Source of the DNA: Myxococcota bacterium
GTDB taxonomy: Bacteria > Myxococcota_A > UBA796 > GCA-2862545
NCBI GenBank assembly: GCA_039208735.1
Contig: JBCCQY010000010.1
Coordinates: forward strand, 1 to 64,000
Length of the DNA stretch: 64,000 bases
Reading direction: 5' to 3'
Part shown: in pieces, positions 29,111 to 39,339 of the stretch
How positions within the stretch are numbered: the stretch's first letter is position 1
How the letters are laid out: every line of letters starts with the position of its first letter
Notes under the pieces: model-generated
Seen by the model: only the letters and a program-made list of their open reading frames with translations
Databases searched by the model: none
Told to the model about the DNA's origin: nothing
Position numbers and translations under genes: made by a program

Positions 29111-31834
29111 ATGAACCCCATCCGGGACATTACCGACGTCAAGAGCGGCGCGGTCCTCTACCATTCCGCGTTCGGATTCGCGAAGGTCGAGGGCCTCGAC
29201 AGTCAATGGGTGCACCTCGATTGGGAGGGCCAGGCGGACTCCTTGCCGAGCCGAGTGGGCCACGAGGTTGTGCTGCGGGTCTACGCCCTGTGCCCCGAAG
29301 ACGGATTTTTCCATCGGGCCCTGCACGAACCGGACGCCTTGCAACGACTGTTGCAGGAGAATCCAGGTGAAGGTCTGGCGCTGATGCTGGCCGACCTCCA
29401 CGGTCCGCAGCGGGAGCAAGACCTCAAAGAGTGGATCGTCGGCCGGGGCCTCATGAACCCAGGCGCGTTTCAGCACTGGTGGGAGTCCGTCCGACCGAGT
29501 CTCGTCGAAGACACACGGTTCTTCTCGGGCGCCGATGGCGTGGCCCTTCGCCCGGCCGATGCGGTGGACGGTCCGCGCATTCGTCTCGAGAACCCTCTCC
29601 TCACGCCAGGGCGTCGGCTCGATCTGGCGCTCGCTAGTCGCGAGGAACTCGACGACGACTTCTTCTTCCAACAGGTCCTGCTCGCGTGGCGCACGGGAGG
29701 CACCCAAGTCCGTGACCTCGCCCTGGCCGCCCTGCGGGAGCGGGATCCCGACGACATCGTCGAAGGACTTCTCGAGGCAGGAACGCCGGCCATCGAAGCC
29801 TTGATCCACGGCCTGCGACACGGAGGATGGGACCCTCGGGGACTCCGCTCCGAGCTGCATTCGGGCATGCTCGCCCTCGTGCTCGATGGGCTGGAGCGTG
29901 GCGGCACCCTCGACGAAGAAGGGCGCCTCGCCGCCACGCTTGCTCGCTGGCGGCCGCGGTCCGCAGATGACGAACCCGCCTTCGACGATCCGCTTTCAGA
30001 ACCGACGGGAATTCACGAACGCATCGATTTGGCGGAGTTGGAGTCAGCCCTTCGCGAGGACGTAGACGACACGTCCGAAATCGAGGACGCCGACGACGAA
30101 GCCGCGGCCGACGTGCCCAGCGGTGACCTCCCTTCGGGTGAGGCGTCGCTCGACGATCGGCCGGACCCCAGTGAGCACGTGGTCAAGGTGTTGTCGAGCC
30201 AGGCTTCTCACACCGATGGCCGACGCCTTCTTCGAGCCACGTTCGCCGCCCTTCCCCCGCGCCGCGCTCAGGCGCTAGCCCTCGACCTCCTCGAGACATC
30301 GCTGCAGGGACCCGATCCACAAGCCTCCCAGTGGATGGGTGGTGAGATCTTGGCCTTTGGACTTGTCGACGAAAACGACATGGCCTCCCGACTCGATGAG
30401 GAACGCCCCCAAATCGCCCAATGGTTCAGGGAGGAGTACGTTGGCGTGCAAACGGTGAAGGAAGGTCCTCCCGAATACGAGGATCCCACGGACGAAGCGC
30501 CCTCGACGGCCGAGATCGAACTTTCGGATGTGTTGAAACAGCCGATCCCCCTCGCCAAACTTCCGCCACGGTCGGGCGCCAGCCTGCTGGGACTCGGACT
30601 TGCGATGGGTCGCGCGCTTGCGGCGCACCACAAGGACAGCCGGGTCGTCAACCCGACCGCCAACTCGGTCATGGTGTTGCCCGACGAGAGCATGACGATC
30701 GAGCCAGGCCCCGCCGAGGCACCGGGCTGCCCTCGGCCCGCCACCGAACCGCCGTCCCTCGCGAGCGACGTCTTCGCGGCCAGCGTGTTGCTCCTCGAAG
30801 CGTTGCTCGGACGCCGATGGCCCGCCACGGTGCATCCTTCGCGCGCTGTCCCCTACCTGCGCTCAGCGGTGCCCATGTTGCCCTTGTCGAGCCTCGCGGC
30901 CCTCGATGCAGGGCTCCATCCCGACCCCACCCAACGCCCGCAAGACGGATTGGACTGGCTCGCTCGCTGGCAGACCTCGGCGGTCACGGAAGAGAGCCGG
31001 GGCTACGCAGCTCGCAACGCCACGGCGCGGCTGTCGATCGGCTACGACACCCACGTCGGGCGCATGAAGATCCTGATGACGCAGACCAACCAGGACTGTC
31101 TGTTCATCGGGAGCCGGGGGCCGGTGTCGCTGCTGGTGGTGTGCGACGGAATCAGCACGGCGAATGCTGGTTCTGGCGACGTTGCATCGTCTATCGCATG
31201 CCACGTCATTGCCAACCTTTGGGAACAGCGGCTGTCTCGACTTGAGAGCGCCGGGCCAGCCGAGCTCAAGGAGTTCCTCGACCAGGCATTGCAGATGGCC
31301 AATACGGCGGTTTGCGAGGCGGCGTTGCGGTTCGCAGGGGGGAACCTCGACGGCCGGGTGCCCATGGGCACGACGTGCACGGTGGCGGTCGTCCACGGCA
31401 ACTGGGTCAGCCTGGCGTGGCTCGGCGACTCCCGGGCCTACCTCGTCGGGCCTTACGGGGCGTCGCTCGTAACGGCCGATGAAAACCAGGCTGGCGAACG
31501 CTTGCGGGCCTGGCACCTTTCGTTCCTTGAAGAGTGGGATCCGGCAGGCTTTGCCCTGGTCGGCTACCTCGGCCACTTCGATGAACTGGTGCGACCCGAA
31601 GCGTTGTCGGCCCACCATGTGGCGTTCACCATGCTGCCGGGAGAACGGCTGCTCATCTGCTCGGATGGCGTCACCGACTACGTGAGCGAGACCCATCCCG
31701 AGGTGTCCTCCATCCTCGCCAAGATCGTGATGGATCTCGATCCGGAAGAAGCCTGTCGCCAACTCGTTGCGCTCGCCAACCGAGGCGGAGGCGGCGACAA
31801 TGCGACCTCGCTTATCGCACAGCTCTGGGGCTGA
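29111..31834 (+). CDS. Multidomain PP2C/PPM protein phosphatase with large N-terminal extension
   Basis: C-terminal PP2C motifs THVGR...NQD, VVCDG, MGTT, LGDSRAY, CSDGVTD, GGGDNAT. Start re-picked to ATG 29111. Confidence 0.88.
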   Translation: MNPIRDITDVKSGAVLYHSAFGFAKVEGLDSQWVHLDWEGQADSLPSRVGHEVVLRVYALCPEDGFFHRALHEPDALQRLLQENPGEGLALMLADLHGPQREQDLKEWIVGRGLMNPGAFQHWWESVRPSLVEDTRFFSGADGVALRPADAVDGPRIRLENPLLTPGRRLDLALASREELDDDFFFQQVLLAWRTGGTQVRDLALAALRERDPDDIVEGLLEAGTPAIEALIHGLRHGGWDPRGLRSELHSGMLALVLDGLERGGTLDEEGRLAATLARWRPRSADDEPAFDDPLSEPTGIHERIDLAELESALREDVDDTSEIEDADDEAAADVPSGDLPSGEASLDDRPDPSEHVVKVLSSQASHTDGRRLLRATFAALPPRRAQALALDLLETSLQGPDPQASQWMGGEILAFGLVDENDMASRLDEERPQIAQWFREEYVGVQTVKEGPPEYEDPTDEAPSTAEIELSDVLKQPIPLAKLPPRSGASLLGLGLAMGRALAAHHKDSRVVNPTANSVMVLPDESMTIEPGPAEAPGCPRPATEPPSLASDVFAASVLLLEALLGRRWPATVHPSRAVPYLRSAVPMLPLSSLAALDAGLHPDPTQRPQDGLDWLARWQTSAVTEESRGYAARNATARLSIGYDTHVGRMKILMTQTNQDCLFIGSRGPVSLLVVCDGISTANAGSGDVASSIACHVIANLWEQRLSRLESAGPAELKEFLDQALQMANTAVCEAALRFAGGNLDGRVPMGTTCTVAVVHGNWVSLAWLGDSRAYLVGPYGASLVTADENQAGERLRAWHLSFLEEWDPAGFALVGYLGHFDELVRPEALSAHHVAFTMLPGERLLICSDGVTDYVSETHPEVSSILAKIVMDLDPEEACRQLVALANRGGGGDNATSLIAQLWG

Positions 31835-32378
31835 TCGGCTCGATCCCTTCGATCTCGGTCACCGATCGTCCCTCGATGAGCGCCCGCAACCCTTCGACGA
31901 ACGCCGACTCTTGATAGGTCGCTTCGACGTAGGCGCAGCTGGTGAATTCCCGCACCACCACCGACCGCTCTGGGGGATCGCGAAACCCAAGAGCCTCGAT
32001 CTGCTCAACTTTCCCGGCGATCGTAAACGCGATCGGCGCCTGGGTGCCTGGAGGATGGAGCAAGCCCAACATCACGCAGCCTCCTTCGCGGTGGCCGATC
32101 ATGACCGAGACGGCGGGTGCCCGGCAGCCGTCCTCTCGGGGGCACACCCGTTCGGGAGCCGGCCGAACATCGACCCGACGGTAGGGCACCACTTTGGCGG
32201 CCGCCGCGTACAGTCGATCCTGCATGCGATCCGCGAGATCGCGAATCGACGGATCGTCGGTCTCGGGCACGACGCGAGGCCACAACACCACCACGCCTCG
32301 CGAGGATCCTCTCGAGCGACTGACCTCGTCGCCTTGGGGGCCCGCCAACGCGAGCGACGCCACGATCCACCCAATCAC
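31812..32378 (-). CDS. Hypothetical exported protein
   Basis: Signal-like N-terminus; GTGA overlap with the upstream OmpA gene; four Cys. Confidence 0.7.
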   Translation of the reverse strand: MIGWIVASLALAGPQGDEVSRSRGSSRGVVVLWPRVVPETDDPSIRDLADRMQDRLYAAAAKVVPYRRVDVRPAPERVCPREDGCRAPAVSVMIGHREGGCVMLGLLHPPGTQAPIAFTIAGKVEQIEALGFRDPPERSVVVREFTSCAYVEATYQESAFVEGLRALIEGRSVTEIEGIEPISPRAVR

Positions 32379-34198
32379 GGGGCCTCCGAAACCGGGTCGG
32401 CATCGAGCAACCGGAACGTCACGCGGCGATTGGCCTCGCGACCGGCTTCCGTCTTGTTGGAGGCGACAGGATCGGACTCGCCGTAGCCCTTTGCCACGAG
32501 TTGATCGGCCGGCACACCCTGTCCCACGAGGTAGTCGCGCACCGATTCAGCTCGGGACTGGGAGAGTTGCTGGTTGAAGTCTTCGCTGCCTCGGGAGTCG
32601 GTGTGGCCTGCGATCTCGACGCGTCCGAGCCCCTTTGTGGCCTTGAGGAGTGCGGCCAATTCATCGAGAAGCCCTTGGGACGACACCAGCAGTTCAGCGC
32701 GACTCTCGGCGAAACGGAGCTTCTCTAGCACCTGGATCACATGGTCCTGGATGACCACGCGCGAAGGCTCGAGGGCCACCTGCAACGTCTCCTCCGAACC
32801 CGGCAAGACGGACACCAACTGCTCGTAGACATCAAACCCCGGCGCGGTGACCACAAGCGTGTGCAGCCCGCTCGCGAGGGCCTGCTGAAGGCGAGCCTCC
32901 TCTCCGACCGACATTGGTGCTGGAGGCACGCAGTCCGGCGTTTCCGACCGCCAGCTCACCTGCGCCTTCGGTACCGGTACGCCTCGTCCGTCTCGCACCT
33001 CGATGGTCACGCTGGCGTCGTAGACCGGGGCCAGTTCCACCACCAGGGTCGCACCCTCCTCTTTGGCGACCGCCCGCGCCTCTCCACGCAAGCATCCTTC
33101 GGTGGCCCGCACCGTCCAGGTGGTGCCGGGTAGAACGTCCAGCGAGAGCCCTTGCGGACCAATGCGCTGCCGACGGGTCTCGGTAGGACCTACGATTTCG
33201 GCGTTGGCGGGTCGTGACGCATCCCGAAACCGAACATCGACGGCCAACGTGCCGAGCCGGTCGGGGCAGCCGTCGTCATCACGCCATCCGTTGACCGTCT
33301 CGACTTCCATCGGGCAAAGGTCCAGCGATCGAAGCGGCAAGATGGGATCGCGATCCTGACGGGCTCGGGCCCTCCGACGGGCCAAGCCAAACCCCACAAA
33401 CGCCCTCGCGCGCGGAACCCCGATGTCAGGCACGACGCCGAATGCTCCGCCTACGGTCACCGCACGACCGCGCTGCGAAACGACCCGCAACGCGCCGATG
33501 GCCTCGACGTTGAGGTCTGACTCGGCGGTGCCCAACTGCGCAAGCCGACTCGTGGCCACCGTTTCAAAGGTGACCCCCACCGACGATCCCAACCCTACAG
33601 AAACCGCGGCTCCCGCGGTCGCTCGCGAGTTCTCGGACCGCATGTGAACGCCCGCATCCGCCGAAAACCCAACGGCGCCGGCTCCCACCGACAAGGCCAG
33701 GCGCCCCCCACCGGCCCAACTTGGCTGCCCCAACCAACGCGCGGGAGCCCCTGTGGGGGCGTCGACGTGCCCCACCAAACCGATGCCCAACCCATCTCGG
33801 CGGTCGCGAGGGCGAGCGAGCAACCACATGGAGGTGAGTCGGACGTCCCCCAGTGCGGGGGTGGTCGGCTGGTCCTCGCCGGAGGCCCACGCAAAGACCG
33901 GTGCCCGCACGTCGACCCGCCAGCGGTCGAACAACGCGATTCCTGCGGACAGGTTGAGGGTCGTCAAATCACGCAGGACGATGCGATCGGGTTGCGACGC
34001 GAGACGCGCATCCACCCGCGCGTACTCCACCAATGCGGTGGCAAAGGCATCCCCCGCCAGAAACGCGCTGGGTCGCTGGACCACCATGGTTCCTCGAGGA
34101 TCACCATCCTGAGGCGCCAACGCAAACCCGTGCGCATCGCCCCCTGCGTCCTGCGCAAGGGCGACTTGGAGCCAGATTGTGCCCCACGCCAAACTCAA
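32375..34198 (-). CDS. OmpA-family outer-membrane protein (beta-barrel + TSP3-like + Ig-like + OmpA_C)
   Basis: Signal peptide, amphipathic beta strands, DLCP...NGWRDDDGCPD, and IAGHTDSRG...NQQLSQSRA...KGYGE...NRRV. Confidence 0.88.
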   Translation of the reverse strand: MSLAWGTIWLQVALAQDAGGDAHGFALAPQDGDPRGTMVVQRPSAFLAGDAFATALVEYARVDARLASQPDRIVLRDLTTLNLSAGIALFDRWRVDVRAPVFAWASGEDQPTTPALGDVRLTSMWLLARPRDRRDGLGIGLVGHVDAPTGAPARWLGQPSWAGGGRLALSVGAGAVGFSADAGVHMRSENSRATAGAAVSVGLGSSVGVTFETVATSRLAQLGTAESDLNVEAIGALRVVSQRGRAVTVGGAFGVVPDIGVPRARAFVGFGLARRRARARQDRDPILPLRSLDLCPMEVETVNGWRDDDGCPDRLGTLAVDVRFRDASRPANAEIVGPTETRRQRIGPQGLSLDVLPGTTWTVRATEGCLRGEARAVAKEEGATLVVELAPVYDASVTIEVRDGRGVPVPKAQVSWRSETPDCVPPAPMSVGEEARLQQALASGLHTLVVTAPGFDVYEQLVSVLPGSEETLQVALEPSRVVIQDHVIQVLEKLRFAESRAELLVSSQGLLDELAALLKATKGLGRVEIAGHTDSRGSEDFNQQLSQSRAESVRDYLVGQGVPADQLVAKGYGESDPVASNKTEAGREANRRVTFRLLDADPVSEAP

Positions 34199-34409
34199 CC
34201 CGCCCTCCGCCCACAGCGTGCCGACGTATCTTCATCGGCGCATCTGACGCGCCGCTTCGTCACGGGAATCGTGCTCATTCGCAAGTCGCCGCAACCAATG
34301 GTGGCTCCGTATCCGTAAGATCGATGTTGTGAAGACACACGAGATGCTGCACCGCGTCCTCACGAAGCGTCACGGTTGGGTACGAGGTCGCAAGAGGCCG
34401 AGGAGTGAC

Positions 34410-35411
34410 GTGTTGCGGATTGCCCAGGTTGTCGTACTCATCGCCATCGTCGTGGCCAGCGCCTGGTGGCTGGTGCAAGACCTCGACTGGGCGGTGGTCA
34501 GCGCGACCGTGGCGAGCGCCAATCCCCTCTACCTGCTCGGCGTCGTGCTCCTGTTGGGGGTCAACCATGTGGCGCGCTCCTTGCGCATCGGTGCCTTGAT
34601 CGAAGCGCCGATCGGCAATTGGGACCTCTTGCGCATTTCGGCCGTGGCCTTCCTCGCCATCCAGCTGATTCCTTTTCGGCTTGGAGAGTTCGTTCGCCCT
34701 CAACTTCTCGTGCGCCATGGCGTGCCGTTTGGCGAAGGACTGGGCGCGATTGCCGTCGACCGAGTGCTCGACATCCTCATGCTGCTCGGTCTGATGGGCA
34801 TCGTGGCGTTCGTCGTGCCGCTGCCGGCTAACGCTATCGAGGTCAACGGCATCGATGTTGTGGCCGCGGGTCAGCGAGCCAGCGCCGTGGCGGTGACCAT
34901 CGCGGGGCTGGGAATGGGCGCGTTGGCCGTAGCCGGGCGTCCCATCCAAGCGTGGGTGTCGACCTTGCCCTGGATGGGACCAACGGCGGGACGTCTCGTG
35001 TCGGGGCTGGTCGACAGCTTTCAGCGCCTGGGCCATCGGCCCGCCTCGGGCTTCATCGCCCTGGCGTGGTCGATGCTGTCCTGGACCTCGACCATTGCGC
35101 TCGTGTGGGCCGCTCAGCATGCGTTTCCCGCCATCCCGACCGCCTTGACCGTCAGTTTGGTTCTTTGGACCTCGATCATCACTGCGATGTCAGCCGTGCA
35201 TACGCCCGGGTTCTTCGGGACGTTCGAAGCGGCCAGCGTGGCCGCGTTGGCCTTGTTCGGTACGGACCCGACCACGGCGAAAGCCTTTGCCTTGGTCTTT
35301 CACCTGGTCATGTTCGCGTTTGCCGTCGCGATTGCGGTGGGCTCGATGCTGTCGATGCGTCTATCGTTCGACGATCTTCGGCCCCCCAATCCTCAATCGA
35401 GCCCCTTGTAG
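34410..35411 (+). CDS. Lysylphosphatidylglycerol synthase TM / flippase-like membrane protein (UPF0104)
   Basis: IPFRLGEFVRP, VDRVLD and TPGFFGTFEAA motifs; many TM helices; AGGAG SD before GTG 34410. Confidence 0.85.
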   Translation: MLRIAQVVVLIAIVVASAWWLVQDLDWAVVSATVASANPLYLLGVVLLLGVNHVARSLRIGALIEAPIGNWDLLRISAVAFLAIQLIPFRLGEFVRPQLLVRHGVPFGEGLGAIAVDRVLDILMLLGLMGIVAFVVPLPANAIEVNGIDVVAAGQRASAVAVTIAGLGMGALAVAGRPIQAWVSTLPWMGPTAGRLVSGLVDSFQRLGHRPASGFIALAWSMLSWTSTIALVWAAQHAFPAIPTALTVSLVLWTSIITAMSAVHTPGFFGTFEAASVAALALFGTDPTTAKAFALVFHLVMFAFAVAIAVGSMLSMRLSFDDLRPPNPQSSPL

Positions 35412-37192
35412 CCAAAGGCCACGGAAAGCCGTTCGTCGATCACAAGAAGCTTCTCGAAGCGAACCGGCTGGCCATCGATGGGCAAGGTGACCCGCACTGG
35501 AGCCGCGCCCTGGCTCAACGCCCCCGACTGCGCTCGCGTCGCCGCATTCTGCTCCCGCTGCGCGCCTGCTTGGAGCTTGGCGTTGGGCACCGGACGGCTC
35601 AACGTCTTGACGTGCCGCAAGCTGCCATCCGGCTTGCCCTTCTGCTTTGCGCCCTCGGGCAGGTAGACGGTCCAGGCAACGTAGGTCGTCGGGGCATCCA
35701 CCAGGGGAAGATCAGCCTCAAACCTGCCCTTACCCTTGCGATTCGGCGCTTGACCATTCTCTACGTACACCAGTTCAATGCCAAACGCAGCCAGTGACCC
35801 TTGGGCGGCCGCCGACCGAACGAGCGGCACGAGCAACTCGCCTTCGCCCGACAACGCAGGCTGGACGGCCCGGCCCGCGACGGACGCCGACCACAGCTCC
35901 GCCCCTTCGGGCAGCCGCGCCCGCAAGAATTGACGACGATTGTTGCGCACCTGGTACTTCACCGAAGACAGCCGGCGCCCATCGCTCGTGAACATCGTCT
36001 GGGCGTTGACCTGGTCCACCAGGGTGACCAACACGTCCACCTCGCGGTGTTCGCGAACTTCAAGGGGCAGCACCGCTTCGGTGCCGAAGTACTTGAAGCC
36101 GAGCAGCACGGGCTGTGTGGTCACACCTACGATGTTCCCCGGAAGCGTTCGCACATCGACGGGAACTGCACCGTCAATCGCTCCCGGTCGGATCTCAACG
36201 TTCGACAACGGCTGGACCCCCACAAATCCCTTCGACCGTTCAACCCCGAGGGGAGCGATGAGGGGGGCGGTGACAGAACCGTCTTCGAGCAACCGTTCGA
36301 GTTCGATCGTGAGCGCGTACTGCCCTTCCGCCGCGAAGTTCAGCGATGCGGTGAGCGTGCCAGACTCATCGACCGACCAGTCCTGAAGCCCGGCTCCTCG
36401 TACGTCGAGCACCGTCATGCCATCAGGAATGGCGGTGCGAAACCGATCCACGCCCGTAAACAAGATCGTGTGTTCGATGGTCGTGCGAGTCGTCAACAGC
36501 CCATCACCGACCCCCACCAAGGTGTGCACCTCGGCGTAGACTCGCGGATCGAGCTTTGCGGTCTCCTCGACCTCTCGCTTCCACATGACCTGCAAGGTGC
36601 CCACCGAAGGGAGCGAGGCCTCCACGATGCGGTTTCCGCCAAGCTTGCGGTCCGATTTCAGTTTGGCATTCGCCACCGTAAAGTCGAGATCTTCGCTCGA
36701 AGGAACCGAGAGGACCAATTCCGCGGCCCCCGCACTCATAAGGGGAAACGAAAACCCGGTGTTTCCACCCGATGTGGTAACGGCCGCCGCGAAGTCGATG
36801 TCCACGTCGAACGCCCCCCGGCGGTCCGTCACCAGGCGGTACTGCCCCCCATCGAGCACCACCGGAGCGGTCTGACCCCCGATCGTTGCTTCCCGAACCG
36901 CGACGGTGCCGGGGAGCAACGGGACGCGAATCCACCCGCCGTCCGTCCGCAGGTTCTGGACGCGGAACCGTCCCCGAAACACCGCCGAGGTAGGCTCGCC
37001 GTCGTCCAACACCACGCGACCGTTGTAGCGCGCCTGAGCGAGGGCGAAATCCTGCGGAGGCTTCGGATCAGGGGTTCGATCCTTCGTGGCCTCGTACAAC
37101 TTGAGGAACTCTTCGAGCCCCATGGTGACTTGTTCAGGCGCGGGCTGTGCAGTCGCCACGCCCAGCCATGCGCCAATCAGTGCGAGAATCAT
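35393..37192 (-). CDS. Hypothetical secreted beta-rich protein (paralogue of the upstream gene)
   Basis: Signal peptide MILALIGAWLGVATA; ATGA overlap with the upstream gene; GGAGG SD. Confidence 0.82.
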   Translation of the reverse strand: MILALIGAWLGVATAQPAPEQVTMGLEEFLKLYEATKDRTPDPKPPQDFALAQARYNGRVVLDDGEPTSAVFRGRFRVQNLRTDGGWIRVPLLPGTVAVREATIGGQTAPVVLDGGQYRLVTDRRGAFDVDIDFAAAVTTSGGNTGFSFPLMSAGAAELVLSVPSSEDLDFTVANAKLKSDRKLGGNRIVEASLPSVGTLQVMWKREVEETAKLDPRVYAEVHTLVGVGDGLLTTRTTIEHTILFTGVDRFRTAIPDGMTVLDVRGAGLQDWSVDESGTLTASLNFAAEGQYALTIELERLLEDGSVTAPLIAPLGVERSKGFVGVQPLSNVEIRPGAIDGAVPVDVRTLPGNIVGVTTQPVLLGFKYFGTEAVLPLEVREHREVDVLVTLVDQVNAQTMFTSDGRRLSSVKYQVRNNRRQFLRARLPEGAELWSASVAGRAVQPALSGEGELLVPLVRSAAAQGSLAAFGIELVYVENGQAPNRKGKGRFEADLPLVDAPTTYVAWTVYLPEGAKQKGKPDGSLRHVKTLSRPVPNAKLQAGAQREQNAATRAQSGALSQGAAPVRVTLPIDGQPVRFEKLLVIDERLSVAFGYKGLD

Positions 37193-39339
37193 GGGTTCCT
37201 CCTGGGTTTCCTGACACACAAGGTCAGGGTTGGGGTTTCGTTTGCCGGCAGCAAAACGCGTTGGAATCGGACTTCAGTCCCCGACAATGGCACGAGGACC
37301 GACGCTGTCGTGGCCTGCACAATGAGGGGCGGGAGAGGGGCCTCGGCCGGCTCCGCCTTGGGCATCCGTTCCGTGCGGGTCGCGGGAGCCCCCGTGGTGG
37401 TCGACAGGTCGCTCAGCTTCTGCCGAATGTCGGTGTTCTGCGTTTGCTGAACGACGTCTTCTTCGGCGGCGATGCGTTCGAGCCGATCGCCAATCGCCAG
37501 AGCCGATTCATAGGATCGGCGGGCATTTTTGTAGTCGCCCTTTGCCAGATACTCGTCGGCCTCGTCGACGGCCTGTCGTTGTTCAATGAGATCTCGTTCT
37601 GCACGGGCTCGGGCCAGCGACTTGAGGCGTCGGGTGGCGGCCTTCTCGGCTTGCGTGACCTCCGACGCCTCCTCTTCGCTGGGCCCCTGCACCACTGCGA
37701 GGTTGGAGCGCAAACGGCTCACATCGGCGTTGTCAGCCCCGATCGCATCGAGCTGGTCGACATACTGCTGACTTAGGTCGAACCGGTTGTCGAGCCACGC
37801 GTCTACAGCTCCCTGCAGCAGGGCATCCGCTTGGCTGGCTCGGCCATCTCCGTCCCGAAAGCCGTAGTTAATCCCGTTGCCTTCGGTGAACTCGTCGACC
37901 ACACCTTGCTTGCCGATCTCCACGCGTGGATGAACCCCCGGGGGCAACCCCAGACGCGCCCGATGCACCGCGACCGGCGCGTCATAGGCCGGTAGGGCCA
38001 CCACCATTTCGCCGCGCTTGGGCCAGGGCTCCGTGGTGCCGAGATAGGCCAGCTCGACCGGAAACGACAGGGACCCCTGCACACTCTGTACGGACCGGGC
38101 AAGGGGCACGAGCACCTGTCCGTCGTCGAGTTCCGTCACCAAGGCGGTCTTGCCCTTGACCCGCGCGCTGACGAGCCGCATCCCAGGGGGCGGACGCACG
38201 GTCAGAAAGGCGCCGCGATCGTTACGAACGGCCAGTCGCGACCGCAGAAGCAGGCCCCCCGATGCACTGGTCGCCACCTCGGACTCGATCACGTCGATGA
38301 CGGTAGGGGGCTGGTCCACCAGCGTGGTTCGCAGGAGCTGCAGCCTCGCGCGAGCCGCCTGGCTCCCGAGGTAGGCGGCGGTGGGTGCACCATCGACGAG
38401 TCCACGCGCCCACGGCGGCAGGGCCGACGCCACCACCGGGGTCATTCCTATTGGAGCGGGGAGAACTTCACGGTCGGTGTCTCGGGCAATTTGAAGGGCC
38501 GTCGTCTCGCGAAAGATTCCCTGCAACGCGGGTAGTGACACGCTCACCTGCGCGTCCGCCCCCGGTGGCAAATCGCTCGTCCACGTCGCTTGCAAATCCA
38601 CCAAGCTGCGCTCGGGACGGGCAAGCGTGACCACGACACGATTGCCCTGCACCTGCAGACCCGCCATCTGGTCCCCTTCGAGTTCGAGGTCCGCAGGCAC
38701 CTGGGCCATGGTGAACACCACCTGCTTCACCGCCCCACGGGCCACTCGAAACCGAAGTCGCGCCTTCGCGGCCAAGGACGCATCCCGCACGGTCAATCCC
38801 ACGGCGGACTCCCCGAGGACCACGGTCCCTTGTGCCTGACGGGGTGGAGGGGTGGCTTGCAACGTCGTCCGCGGCCCGACCCACCAAGTGTTGGCCTTCA
38901 CCTTCGGCGCATTGGTCACGTAGGCCGTGCCCACCACGGTGAGCGCTGCGCCGGCGGGGGTCTGCAAGACCGACGTCCGGGGTGGAACGAAGCTCCGAAC
39001 TCGCAATTCCGCCGCCCCATCGACAGGAAACGCCGCCACCCACGCGTCGCCTTGAAGGGTCACCGGAACGTCCTTGCCATCAACCGTCACCCGATCCAGC
39101 GTGACCTGACGAGGAGCCACGGGGACAATGAGGTAGCCATCCCGTGGCGCGACGACCGGATTCGTCACATCGAGCAACCACCGTTGGGTGTCGAGCGAGG
39201 CCGTGCCCGGCAAGACCATCGGAGGCGGCGGCGGTGAGACCGTCGTTGAGTCGTCTGGAAAGAGCAATGGCCAACGACGCTTCTCGAGCCGCACTTCTGC
39301 GGCTTCGGCAAGCGCCATGACCATGCAAAGTCCCCACAT
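37189..39339 (-). CDS. Hypothetical secreted protein with TPR-like/coiled insertion
   Basis: Signal-like N-terminus; GGAGG SD; shares C-terminal motifs with 35393-37192. Confidence 0.8.
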   Translation of the reverse strand: MWGLCMVMALAEAAEVRLEKRRWPLLFPDDSTTVSPPPPPMVLPGTASLDTQRWLLDVTNPVVAPRDGYLIVPVAPRQVTLDRVTVDGKDVPVTLQGDAWVAAFPVDGAAELRVRSFVPPRTSVLQTPAGAALTVVGTAYVTNAPKVKANTWWVGPRTTLQATPPPRQAQGTVVLGESAVGLTVRDASLAAKARLRFRVARGAVKQVVFTMAQVPADLELEGDQMAGLQVQGNRVVVTLARPERSLVDLQATWTSDLPPGADAQVSVSLPALQGIFRETTALQIARDTDREVLPAPIGMTPVVASALPPWARGLVDGAPTAAYLGSQAARARLQLLRTTLVDQPPTVIDVIESEVATSASGGLLLRSRLAVRNDRGAFLTVRPPPGMRLVSARVKGKTALVTELDDGQVLVPLARSVQSVQGSLSFPVELAYLGTTEPWPKRGEMVVALPAYDAPVAVHRARLGLPPGVHPRVEIGKQGVVDEFTEGNGINYGFRDGDGRASQADALLQGAVDAWLDNRFDLSQQYVDQLDAIGADNADVSRLRSNLAVVQGPSEEEASEVTQAEKAATRRLKSLARARAERDLIEQRQAVDEADEYLAKGDYKNARRSYESALAIGDRLERIAAEEDVVQQTQNTDIRQKLSDLSTTTGAPATRTERMPKAEPAEAPLPPLIVQATTASVLVPLSGTEVRFQRVLLPANETPTLTLCVRKPRRNP

